Positions 31,558-41,011 of a stretch of 64,000 bases of DNA are shown piece after piece. Source of the stretch: Anaerohalosphaeraceae bacterium. GTDB taxonomy: Bacteria > Planctomycetota > Phycisphaerae > Sedimentisphaerales > Anaerohalosphaeraceae. The stretch covers positions 672,001 through 736,000 of the forward strand of contig CAXXSL010000016.1 of NCBI GenBank assembly GCA_963675525.2. The letters are read 5' to 3'. The notes below the pieces were generated by a model. It was not told where the DNA came from and searched no databases. It saw only the letters and a program-made list of their open reading frames with translations. The translations under genes were made by a program, and so were the position numbers. Numbering within the stretch: the first letter of the stretch is position 1; each line of letters opens with the position of its first letter.

Positions 31558-31584
31558 AGTCGCAGAGGCAGCGGTCTCATTTCA
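31558..31584 (-). promoter_or_regulatory. ECF-type promoter TGAAAT-N16-CGAC upstream of the kinase/sigma operon
   Basis: Minus strand reads tgaaat gagaccgctgcctctg cgact, about 60 nt before ATG 31498. Confidence 0.5.
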
Positions 31585-31730
31585 GGAAATTTATGAAGAA
31601 GCAAATAAATTCAACATCCCGATGAAATCGGCAGCGCCGCCAAGATATGACATTGCCGAAGGATGTCCGCATTCCCCTCTTTTTTCATAAGTGCTTTTAA
31701 TAAAATAAGATGCGAGTATTTCCGGTAAGG

Positions 31731-34146
31731 TTAGTCGTTGGAAACTTCTGTTTTGTGGGATATGTATTTTCGCAGTTTTTCTTCAAGTGAGTTTAGATCG
31801 ATCGGCTTGGTTATATAGTCATTGCACCCGGCTTCAAGGCACTTTTCTTCGTCGCCGACCATCGCAAACGCTGTTTGTGCTATAATGGGCGTTGTTATTC
31901 CTCTGGCCCGGAGTTCTTCGGCGGCCTTATAGCCGTTCAAGTGCGGCATGTGCATATCCATCAATATTAAGTCGTATTCCTGTTTAAGTGCCATTCGCAC
32001 CGCTTCATTACCGTCTTCGGCAATCGTTACATCCACCCCCAGTCTGTTTAACTGAAGCATCAACAGTTTTCGATTGCTCGGATGATCTTCGGCAAGAAGA
32101 ATATGGCCCGAAAAAACAGGGTCTGAAGGGTCGGATATCTTGTCCAGTGAATTCACATAATGATACTTATCATACCGCGATGAAGAATGGAATTCGACCC
32201 CGGCCGGTATTCTAAGGGTAAAAACAGAGCCTCTGCCTGACTCGCTGACAAGAGAGACCGTTCCGTCCAGCATTTCTGCAAGTCGCTTTGTGATAGACAA
32301 CCCAAGACCTGTGCCGCCGAATTTGCGACAGATGTCGCCTTTTGCCTGAGTAAATAATTCAAATACTTTATCCTGCTCTTCGGGCTCAATTCCAATACCC
32401 GTATCCTCAATGTCAAAGCGGATGTACGATTGAGATTCCGTTTCCTCAATCGATACATTCAAATAGACATGTCCCTTTTCCGTAAATTTTATCGCATTGC
32501 CAACTAGATTTACGAGGCATTGTCGCAAGCGATGTGAGTCTGTATAAATCTGCGAGGGCAATTGTCCGCACTGTAAGATATCAAACTTTAACGACTTTTT
32601 TATGGCCGCAGGGCGAAGAATCGAATCAATTTCATCAAGTGTCCGTCCCAGGTCGGATTCGCGTATGACGACATCAAGTTTCCCCGCCTCAATTTTTGAA
32701 TAATCCAGAATATCATTGATCAAATGAAGCAGGTGTTTGCTGCTGTCAGAAATGTTGATTAAATAATCCCGCTGTTTCTCTGTGGGCCGATCTTTCAATA
32801 AAAGTTCGCCAAATCCTATGATCGCATTCATCGGCGTGCGGATTTCGTGGCTCATGCTTGCAAGGAACCGGCTTTTGGCCTGACTTGCCGACTGTGCCTC
32901 CTCTTTGGCCCGTTTCAGTAATATCTCGGCCAATTCACGCGTATTGGCCATGCTGTTAAAAGACTCCGCCAACTGTCCGATCTCGTCTTTTGATTTGATT
33001 TTCACCCGGGCCGAAATATCACCTCTCGCCATTTCCGCGATCGTAGCCCGAAGTTTCGAAATCGGCCCCAGGATGCCTTTAGAAACAAATATACCAACGA
33101 TGGCCGCAAATAACACAGACGCTGCCAAAAGCCCAATTATTGTGTTTCTCAGTTTGACAACGGGGGAAAATAGTTCCTTTGTGCTATTATTGATCACCAG
33201 TCTCCATCCCAAACCGGCATATTCTTTATAACCCGATGAATGAGCATGAGCAAAGAGTATTTGATCTCCGCCAAATTGATCGTGATGAAATTGATACAAA
33301 AAATATGGCGGGACTTGATTATCAGTTTTGCCCCGTAAATGAGCGGCCAGTTCCTTTGGCAGAAAATCAGAAAATCCCTTCTCACATGTCGAATAAATGA
33401 TATTTAAATCTTTATCGAGCAATATGAATTCGGTTTTTTGCTTATACGATCTCTCCTTGGCGAGGGCGTCTTTAATAATACCAACAGACTCTTCGATATT
33501 TGTAACAACTTTCATAACCCCAAGAAAATCCCCGTTGGCATCCTCGATCCGTAAACAAAGAGCGACCGAATACACTTCCGCACTGTCATCATATTCAACG
33601 TCCTCGACATACACGCCGTTTTCTTTTGCCGTTTGCCACCAGCTTTCATCCGCCTGGTAATAATCGGTCGTTTTTTTCGCTTTGAGCAACGTTGACGCCA
33701 TATTTATTCGTTACAATGATCTCTCCGATCACTTTGTAACCATATTGATCTTCATAAAAGGTTGTGACTTTTCTTAATTCTTCCGACGCTTCATTCGTGA
33801 TCAATCCATACATAAAATCCGTCACTTCTGATTTCGGTACGGAGGTCCAATCCTGATCTTTTTCCTGAATATAAGCCTGTCTGTCGCCATGAAGATCAAA
33901 TTCTTGATTTGATTTTATCAGGGCTTGCTGAGTGACGGCATTTTTGCTGTAAATTTGAAATGCTTCTATTTTGGCGTAAATACTTCTGTCAATACTGTCT
34001 AGCATTTCGGCCGTTAATGAACTGTACCCCTGACCAATTCTTGTCTGCAACGCTTCTTTCAGGATATCATAAGAGATATATCCGGTAACTGCTATCAGCA
34101 ATACAATAACGGTGAATCCACCGATCAACTTTTGTTTAATTGTCAT
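31731..34146 (-). pseudogene. Hybrid sensor histidine kinase (TM-Cache-TM-HAMP-HisKA-HATPase-REC) interrupted by a frameshift
   Basis: ORF 33646-34146 (TM, ...NKYGVNVAQSEK) continues in another frame as TTDYYQADESWW in ORF 31731-33701 (SHEIRTPMN, NLVGNAIKFT, DTGIG, GGTGLGL, LMDMHMP). The junction is an A7 run at 33671-33677. Confidence 0.85.
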
Positions 34147-34348
34147 CTTTCGTATCCAAAATAAACCAGCAAATAAGACTTATAAGGTTCTTCGCTATTC
34201 GATTTATCGACTGAAGAAAAACGCTGAATAACTTTAATCCTGAGGTTTAGCCTAATATGCTATTTTATGGCTGTTCTCGAATTGTCGCCGTCTCTTTGTC
34301 CCGTTCATTATCGGACAATGGCTGGCTGTAGAAAAGGGGATGCCGGAC

Positions 34349-35749
34349 TTAAACAGCCTGTATTCCGGCCAGCAGGGCACGGGCCTTGGTCAGCGTTTCA
34401 ACCCACTCTTCAAGCGGCGCCGAGTCGGTGACGATACCGCCGCCGGTCTGGACAGTCGCGCTGTTGCCTTTGATGAGAATCGTGCGGATCGCAATATTCC
34501 AGCACAGATCGAAATTGACGCCGATCCAGCCGATGCTGCCGGTATAAACACTGCGGGCCGTCGGTTCCAGTTCGTCAATGATCTCCATGGAGCGGATCTT
34601 CGGCGCCCCGGTGATCGACCCGCCGGGAAATGTTGCTTTTAAAATATCGACAATTCGCTGCGGGCCGGGTTTTTCGCGTAACTTCCCTTCAACAATTCCG
34701 GCAGCATGATAGACTGTCGGGAATGCTTCGATCTGACGGGCGCAGGTAACATGGCGGGTCCCGGGAATACAAATCCGCGCCAAATCGTTTCGCTCAAGGT
34801 CAACGATCATCGCCAGTTCGGCCTGGTCTTTTTCACTTTTGACCAACGCGTTGAAACACGTGTGATTTTCCGGTGCTTCGTCGCCCAGCAGCGGATTCCG
34901 TCGGCGTGTGCCCTTGATGGGCCGTGTCTGGATCGCATCGCCCTGCACTTCTAAAAACAACTCCGGCGAGGCGCTGACCACCGCCTTGTCATCCCACGAC
35001 AGAAACCCCGCATAGGGACTGGGGTTAAATTGATTCTGCCAATGATACAGATCGACCGCCCGGCCGCCGAAGGCGGATTCAAACCGCTGTGAAAAATTGA
35101 TCTGATAGGTCTCGCCGTCAATGATATACTGTTTGATCTTCGTCAGGGCCTCAAGATATTGAGCCTGTGTCATATTGCATGTGAATGCATCGATGTTGAC
35201 ACTTTCCATGTCGATCCGTCGCGGCTCAACAATCGAATGCACCTTCGCCTCATCGATCCAGTTTTTCAATACGCGGAACTTTTCTTCAACACCAACCGGA
35301 TCGCCCTGTATCTGGAGTGCGACAAGCGTAAATACCTTTTCATCGTGATGATACAGAATCGCCTTGTCATAAAACGCCAGCCGGATGACCGGCAGACCCA
35401 TATCATCAACCGCCCTTCCGGGGAGCTTTTCAATAAACCGCCCCAGCTCATACCCAAAATACCCGATCCACCCCCCGTAAAAAAAGGGGTCAGACCCCTT
35501 TTTCTCTTCTGAATGGTATTTTGATAAGACGGCTTGAAGTTTTTCAAACGGCCTCTCGTCATTCAGAGTAAACTCAAATACCTCCACCGGCTCTGCGGCA
35601 AAAATACTATAGCCGCGAACAGATTCATTGCCCCCGAGAATCGCCGGATCGTTCTTTTGTGAAATGGCCTCTGTCAAAGCAGGCAGACCCGCGGAGGTCT
35701 CCGCCGTCCGGAAATGCGGTATGCAGGTAATGGGTTTATTGGTTTCCAT
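34349..35749 (-). CDS. pabB: Aminodeoxychorismate synthase component I
   Basis: GGWIGYFGYELG, SASPELFL, TRPIKGT, MIVDLERNDL, FPGGSITGAPKIRSM, NIAIRT. Start at METNKP. Confidence 0.88.
   Translation of the reverse strand: METNKPITCIPHFRTAETSAGLPALTEAISQKNDPAILGGNESVRGYSIFAAEPVEVFEFTLNDERPFEKLQAVLSKYHSEEKKGSDPFFYGGWIGYFGYELGRFIEKLPGRAVDDMGLPVIRLAFYDKAILYHHDEKVFTLVALQIQGDPVGVEEKFRVLKNWIDEAKVHSIVEPRRIDMESVNIDAFTCNMTQAQYLEALTKIKQYIIDGETYQINFSQRFESAFGGRAVDLYHWQNQFNPSPYAGFLSWDDKAVVSASPELFLEVQGDAIQTRPIKGTRRRNPLLGDEAPENHTCFNALVKSEKDQAELAMIVDLERNDLARICIPGTRHVTCARQIEAFPTVYHAAGIVEGKLREKPGPQRIVDILKATFPGGSITGAPKIRSMEIIDELEPTARSVYTGSIGWIGVNFDLCWNIAIRTILIKGNSATVQTGGGIVTDSAPLEEWVETLTKARALLAGIQAV
35481..35503. 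repeat. Perfect palindrome aaaaaggggtc-a-gaccccttttt inside pabB (encodes KKGSDPF)
   Basis: 11-bp inverted repeat with a 1-nt spacer. Confidence 0.7.
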
Positions 35750-36431
35750 TGGCCGCAATGAATTCTTCCATGATCTGTACCGATGCCGACGCCCCGATAC
35801 GCGTCGCACCCGCTTCAATAAACGCCAGTGTTTGAGCCAGCGTCTTGATTCCTCCGGCGGCTTTTATTTTGCAGCGCGGCGCCGCTTCGGCCATCAGTTT
35901 CACATCATCAACCTGCGCCCCGCCGGCTTCATGATAGCCCGTGCTGGTCTTGAGAAAATCCACGCCCGTCTGCTGCCCAACGCCGCACACAAAACGAATT
36001 TGTTCATCACTCAATGCCGCCGATTCAATGATCACCTTCAGCGCCACCGGCGGCTTCATCGCTTGGCAAACATCCAGAACGGCAACAAAATCAGCACGCA
36101 AAGCATCCTCATCGCCGTTCAAAACCGCCGTTGGATTCGCAACGATATCCACTTCGTCAACCCCGGCCATGATAACTGCATGGGCCTGCGATGCCTTAAC
36201 TTCCGGCGGCTCGGTCCCGAGCGGAAACCCCGCCACCGAAACAACCTGAACGTCCGTCCCATGCAGAATATCCGCACACAGCGACACCCATCGCGGACGC
36301 ACACACACCGCATAAAAACCGTACTCCAAAGCCTCATCGCAATGCCGACGAATATCCGCCTGGCCCGCTGCCTCATCCAGCAGCGTATGATCAAAATACA
36401 ATGCCAGTGCCTCTTTTGTCTGCGGTATCAA
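35736..36431 (-). CDS. deoC: Deoxyribose-phosphate aldolase
   Basis: DHTLL, AVCV, VAGFPLG, DEVDIV, LKVIIE, FLKTSTG, IKAAGGI, RIGAS. Confidence 0.95.
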   Translation of the reverse strand: MIPQTKEALALYFDHTLLDEAAGQADIRRHCDEALEYGFYAVCVRPRWVSLCADILHGTDVQVVSVAGFPLGTEPPEVKASQAHAVIMAGVDEVDIVANPTAVLNGDEDALRADFVAVLDVCQAMKPPVALKVIIESAALSDEQIRFVCGVGQQTGVDFLKTSTGYHEAGGAQVDDVKLMAEAAPRCKIKAAGGIKTLAQTLAFIEAGATRIGASASVQIMEEFIAANGNQ

Positions 36432-36449
36432 AATCTACTCCCTGCAAAA

Positions 36450-37550
36450 TTATTCAAACAACTTATCGGTTTTGTATTCATATTCTTGTTCGAAATAGCT
36501 GATTGCTTCTTCGGGCGAGCGGAAAATTTTGTTGGCCGTCTGCGTCACAAACACCGACGGCTCCTTCTTCGGCATCCAGATAACATACACCTGCTTGGCG
36601 GCCTCGTGGGCATGCTGCAGTTCCCGTTCGACACCGCTGGACAAAGCCGGCATCCCGTCGGCCAGTTCGGGAATAAAACTGATGATCATATCGGCCTGGT
36701 CGATCAATGCAAAATCGCGTGCGTAGATCTGGCTGTTAATATCCGGCTCGATCTGCCGCACCTCCGCCGCATCCAGTTCAACCGTTTGCCCAAGCACTTC
36801 CACGGCGATCGTTTTCCGCCCCTTATTCTGTGCCTGCTCGGCATAGTACGGCAGATACGCCTCTTCCAGGTCGGCAGGGTCAAAACAGGTCAGGATCGTT
36901 TTCATGCTTGCGCGAAATGCCTCGATCGTTTTCAGCACCTCATTCATCCCCGCCACATGCGTCATCGGAAAACTCAGGTAGGCTTTCTTGCGGCCGGGCT
37001 CGAACGCCAGTTGATAGAACACATCCACCGTCGGGGTTTCGATCCCGCGCGCGACAATATAACACGGCGCGTTTTCATTGGTTCCCTGCTGCATCATTTG
37101 TGTGGCCAGCACCTCTTCTTCGCGCCAGACGATCAGGTCCTTCAGTGTATGCCGGATATGATGCTTCTGCATCAGCCGCAGATGCAGCGGCTCAACCCCG
37201 TCGATCATGCAGATAAACAGGTCGGGCTTGAGTTGGCGCATCTGATAAAAATCAAACGCCGGAAACAGCCCATGCCGCCAGCGAAACGTCGCATGGGTAT
37301 TAACGATGACATGCTCATGGGTTTTTGTTTTGGCGATGATGTCCTTGATGATACTGCGCCGCAATGAATGCAGCCGCTGCAACGAAATATCCAATATCCG
37401 CCCGGCCGCGATCTCCGGCGACTCGGCGTACATCAAATCGCCGACATTGCACAGCAAAATTTCGTGTCCCTGCTTTTTGGCAGACTCGCACACCTGTGCC
37501 AGGTACGGCTTCTTATCAATCCCCACCATGCCTGTGACTACAATGATCAT
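36450..37550 (-). CDS. Fusion of an archaeal-AdkA-like P-loop NMP kinase domain and a nucleoside 2-deoxyribosyltransferase/Rcl(DNPH1)-like domain
   Basis: N-terminus IVVTGMVGIDKK...VNTHATF; C-terminus AYLSFPMT...IYARDFALIDQADMIISF...SSGVERELQHAHEAAKQVYV. Confidence 0.72.
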   Translation of the reverse strand: MIIVVTGMVGIDKKPYLAQVCESAKKQGHEILLCNVGDLMYAESPEIAAGRILDISLQRLHSLRRSIIKDIIAKTKTHEHVIVNTHATFRWRHGLFPAFDFYQMRQLKPDLFICMIDGVEPLHLRLMQKHHIRHTLKDLIVWREEEVLATQMMQQGTNENAPCYIVARGIETPTVDVFYQLAFEPGRKKAYLSFPMTHVAGMNEVLKTIEAFRASMKTILTCFDPADLEEAYLPYYAEQAQNKGRKTIAVEVLGQTVELDAAEVRQIEPDINSQIYARDFALIDQADMIISFIPELADGMPALSSGVERELQHAHEAAKQVYVIWMPKKEPSVFVTQTANKIFRSPEEAISYFEQEYEYKTDKLFE

Positions 37551-37564
37551 TGGCGGCCCTTCTG

Positions 37565-38653
37565 TCAGAGATTTTCCAACCGCTGCTGTTTGTCATGCTC
37601 CTGCATCGCCACAACCAGATCGTCCAGTTCGCCCATCATCACCTTATCAAGGCTGTAAAGCGACAAATTGATCCGGTGGTCGGTCACGCGGTTCTGCGGA
37701 AAGTTATACGTGCGAATCCGCTGCGACCGGTCGCCGGAGCCGATCATGCTTTTTCGTGCGCTGGACCGTTCGGCGTTGGCCTTGGCCTGGTAATGTTCAT
37801 ACAGCCGGCTGCGCAGGATGCGATACGCCTTGGCGCGGTTTTTATGCTGGCTGCGTTCGTCCCGCATGCTGACCACAATGCCGGTGGGCACGTGTTCCAG
37901 CCGGATCGCGCTGGCGACCTTGTTGACGTTCTGGCCGCCGGGCCCGCCGGCACAACTGACGTTCTCGATCATGTCGTCCGGGTTGATCTCGATATCGACT
38001 TCTTCGGCCTCCGGCAGCACCGCCACCGTCGCCGCCGAGGTATGCACGCGGCCCTGCGATTCGGTTTCCGGCACGCGCTGCACGCGGTGACCGCCGCCCT
38101 CATAGCCCAGCTTGGCCCAGACGCCGGCGCCCTTGACGTTCAAAATGGCCTCACGAATGCCGCCCATTTCCGTCCCCGAAAAATCCATCACCTCGATCTT
38201 CCAGTGCTGCTTTTCCGCGTAGCGGTTATACATTTCATAAAGGTCCCGGGCGAACAGCGACGCTTCATCGCCGCCGGTGCCGGGGCGGATCTCCATGATC
38301 ACCGAGTCGATCGCCGCATCATCGGCCATCACCAGCGTATCCTGGATCTCTTCCAGCAGCGCCGCCTGCTTGCCGTTCAGCTCTTCGATTTCCTGTTCGG
38401 CCAGCTCGCGGTATTCGGCATCCTGCGCCGGGTCGGCAAGAACAGCGCGGGTCTCGTCGAGCTGGGCGGTGAGTTTTTTGTACTCCCGGTACCGCCGAAC
38501 CAGCGGCATCAGCTTGCCCTGCTCCTTGCTCAGCGGGATCAGTTTGTTCGAGTCGCAGGCGATGGCCGGGTCGTTGATCTGGTTGGCGATCTCCAGACAC
38601 CGGCCGTCCAGTTCCTCAAGTTTTTTCAGAACGGCTGTTTTGGCTTGTGACAT
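37565..38653 (-). CDS. prfA: Peptide chain release factor 1
   Basis: HRVQRVPETE (PxT motif), GPGGQNVNK, SQHKNR, GSGDRSQRIRTYNFPQNRVTDHRI. Start at MSQAKT. Confidence 0.97.
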   Translation of the reverse strand: MSQAKTAVLKKLEELDGRCLEIANQINDPAIACDSNKLIPLSKEQGKLMPLVRRYREYKKLTAQLDETRAVLADPAQDAEYRELAEQEIEELNGKQAALLEEIQDTLVMADDAAIDSVIMEIRPGTGGDEASLFARDLYEMYNRYAEKQHWKIEVMDFSGTEMGGIREAILNVKGAGVWAKLGYEGGGHRVQRVPETESQGRVHTSAATVAVLPEAEEVDIEINPDDMIENVSCAGGPGGQNVNKVASAIRLEHVPTGIVVSMRDERSQHKNRAKAYRILRSRLYEHYQAKANAERSSARKSMIGSGDRSQRIRTYNFPQNRVTDHRINLSLYSLDKVMMGELDDLVVAMQEHDKQQRLENL

Positions 38654-38751
38654 TGTTGTTGTCTCCGATGCCCGCAGGGCAAAAAAATTACGCTGCCACA
38701 CTTGATCTGTAAATCAAGCTCAACAGCGTAATGGTGTAACGAGCAGGGTAT

Positions 38752-38979
38752 CTACTTGTCAGTTTTTTTCTGGAAGGAATAACCCTTGGCGAACTTCTTG
38801 TTGAAGCGGTCGATACGGCCGGCCGCGTCAACGAACTTCTGCTTGCCCGTGAAGAACGGGTGACACATCGAGCAGATTTCCGCATGGATCTCTTTGGCTG
38901 TGCTGCGCGTCTCGAACGTATTGCCGCAACCACAGCGAACCTTCACAGTATCATATTTCGGATGGATATCTTTTTTCAT
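38752..38979 (-). CDS. rpmE: 50S ribosomal protein L31 (zinc-binding type)
   Basis: [29 protein letters not shown]. Confidence 0.97.
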   Translation of the reverse strand: MKKDIHPKYDTVKVRCGCGNTFETRSTAKEIHAEICSMCHPFFTGKQKFVDAAGRIDRFNKKFAKGYSFQKKTDK

Positions 38980-39108
38980 AGTTTTACCTCATTTTTCAAG
39001 TCAAAAAGGCCACATTAGGCCAATTCCATGAACGAAAGCCCCGTATTATACGGGCAAAAACTCAAAAATCAACCCTTTTCCCGCAAATTTCCCCCAAAAG
39101 CCAAACCC

Positions 39109-39389
39109 AACCCCGCAGGGGTTAAATAATAGATAATATGCAGGCCGAAGGCCGAAACCCGGGGAAAAGAATTCCTTAAACACCCGCGACCCCAGTGGGT
39201 CGAATAAAACAATCGAAAATCGTCCATCGTCATTCGACAATCAAAACCCGGCCCATCGTCAATCCTTTTCTCTGACATGTTCTGTAGAAAGAAAAGGTAA
39301 TCCCGGAGGGATGGCAGTATCGTAGCCGGGGGTGTGAACCCCCGGAAAAGATGGCCTCTACCCCACTTAAGCCCCGAAGGGGCGACATA
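39109..39389. repeat. Two composite REP-like hairpin elements separated by heptamer repeats
   Basis: aaccccgcaggggtt...cgaccccagtgggtcg (39109-39206); atcccggagggat...ccgggggtgtgaacccccgg...gccccgaaggggc (39299-39389). Confidence 0.6.
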
Positions 39390-39445
39390 AGTTGAGCTTT
39401 TCTACAGAGCATCTCTGGCACCTTTTATTTGATCGCAATGAATTG

Positions 39446-39474
39446 TTGCCTGTTAGAGTCGGTCGGTCTATAAT
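39446..39474 (+). promoter_or_regulatory. Sigma70-type promoter TTGCCT-N17-TATAAT
   Basis: Directly upstream of the PQQ-like propeller gene. Confidence 0.55.
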
Positions 39475-39529
39475 GGGGCACTATCAGATCGACGGTCGAT
39501 TTAAGGGATCAGCAGAAAGGGAACGTCCA

Positions 39530-40780
39530 ATGAAAAACGCGAAAAAATTCATGGTTGTGATTGCGGGAATGGTGGTTTTCACCTGTTTGGCAGATGTTTT
39601 GGCGCAGGATTGGCCTCAATGGCGAGGCCCCGGCCGGGATGGTAAACTGACCGGCTTCCTCGAATCTCAGAGCTGGCCCAAGACGCTGACTCAGAAATGG
39701 ACCGTGACGATCGGCTCCGGCGATTCGTCACCCGTCCTGGCCGACGGCAAGCTGTATACCTTCAGCCGTCAGGACCCCAACGAAGTCCTTTACTGCATGG
39801 ATCCGGCAAGCGGCAAGATCCTGTGGGCCGATCACTACCCTGCACAATTTGCCGCCTCAGGCCCCAGCGCACGTCACCCGGGTACCCGCAGCACGCCGGT
39901 TGTCGCCGACAGCAAAATCTGTACGCTGGGAATCGGCGGGATTCTCTCCTGCCTGGATGCCGACTCGGGTGCCGTTCTGTGGCGCAAACAATCCGCCGCA
40001 GACTATCTCGACACGCCCTACCAATTCGAATCCTCCATGTCGCCGCTCGTGGTTGACGGCCTGTGCATTGTGTACATCGGCGGCGACGGTCAGGGCGCGT
40101 TGGTCGCTTTTGATCTGGCCATCGGACAGGCCAAGTGGAAATACGCCGGCGATGCCCCATCGCCTTCTTCGCCGGTCATCATGACCGTTGACGGCGTCCG
40201 GCAGATCGTAACGATGAGCGAAACGGCCGTGATCGGCGTCAGCCTGTCCGACCAAACCCTGCTTTGGAGTGTCCCGTTTAAATCCAGGCCCGTCAATTCA
40301 ACAACGCCTGTGATAGACGGCCAAACAGTGTATGTAACCGGCAATAACATGGGGTTAATGGCACTTAAGATCAGCCAAAGCGACGGTAAATTTACGGCCG
40401 AGACGCTCTGGACAAATACCGACGCAGCGGCCGGATCGCGTTACACGACGCCCATCGCGCGGGATGGGCGGCTGTTTGGCTATGCCTCCAACAACCTGGC
40501 ATGCTATAACGCAAAGAGCGGCGAGATACTTTGGACGGATACCGCTTCCCGGGGCCAGACGGCCGCGATTCTGGATGCCGGCTCCTGCCTGGTTGCCATG
40601 GCGATCAATGGGGAGTTGATCTTTTACCGCCCCGATGAAAAGCAGTATACTGAATTAGCCGTCTACAAGGTCAGCGACACCGAAGTCTGGGCACACCCCA
40701 TCCTCGACGGCAGCCGTATCTTTATCCGGGACAAAGAATCGATCGCCCTCTGGACGATGGACAAAACGTCGCGTCCGTGA
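39530..40780 (+). CDS. PQQ-binding-like (BamB-type) beta-propeller protein, secreted
   Basis: Signal peptide then DWPQWRGPGRDG, SSPVLADGKLY, repeated GxxLW motifs, WAHPIL. Confidence 0.9.
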   Translation: MKNAKKFMVVIAGMVVFTCLADVLAQDWPQWRGPGRDGKLTGFLESQSWPKTLTQKWTVTIGSGDSSPVLADGKLYTFSRQDPNEVLYCMDPASGKILWADHYPAQFAASGPSARHPGTRSTPVVADSKICTLGIGGILSCLDADSGAVLWRKQSAADYLDTPYQFESSMSPLVVDGLCIVYIGGDGQGALVAFDLAIGQAKWKYAGDAPSPSSPVIMTVDGVRQIVTMSETAVIGVSLSDQTLLWSVPFKSRPVNSTTPVIDGQTVYVTGNNMGLMALKISQSDGKFTAETLWTNTDAAAGSRYTTPIARDGRLFGYASNNLACYNAKSGEILWTDTASRGQTAAILDAGSCLVAMAINGELIFYRPDEKQYTELAVYKVSDTEVWAHPILDGSRIFIRDKESIALWTMDKTSRP

Positions 40781-41011
40781 CAATTTGTTTGATTTGACAA
40801 CCGGGACAATGGAGAAAATTCGGTGCCTGTCCCTAATCTCCCAAACGTGATTGAAACATCAAACCATAAACAAATTGGTATTTTCTCGGAAAAATTTGAT
40901 ATGATGTTGCTTTGTGTCATATTTGTTTTGCGGATTCCTTTGGGTCGATCTCAAGCCCTTCGTCTTGTTCCTTCGCTTTTATATCGTTTTCTTTATTTTT
41001 TCTATTTCCCT

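Noticed and set aside
35628..38650. Long plus-strand ORFs (579 aa and 366 aa)
   Set aside because: Antisense shadows of deoC, the fusion gene and prfA; no motifs and biased composition.
39109..39389. Possible CRISPR array or tRNA
   Set aside because: No identical repeats with regular spacers, and no cloverleaf or T-loop motif.
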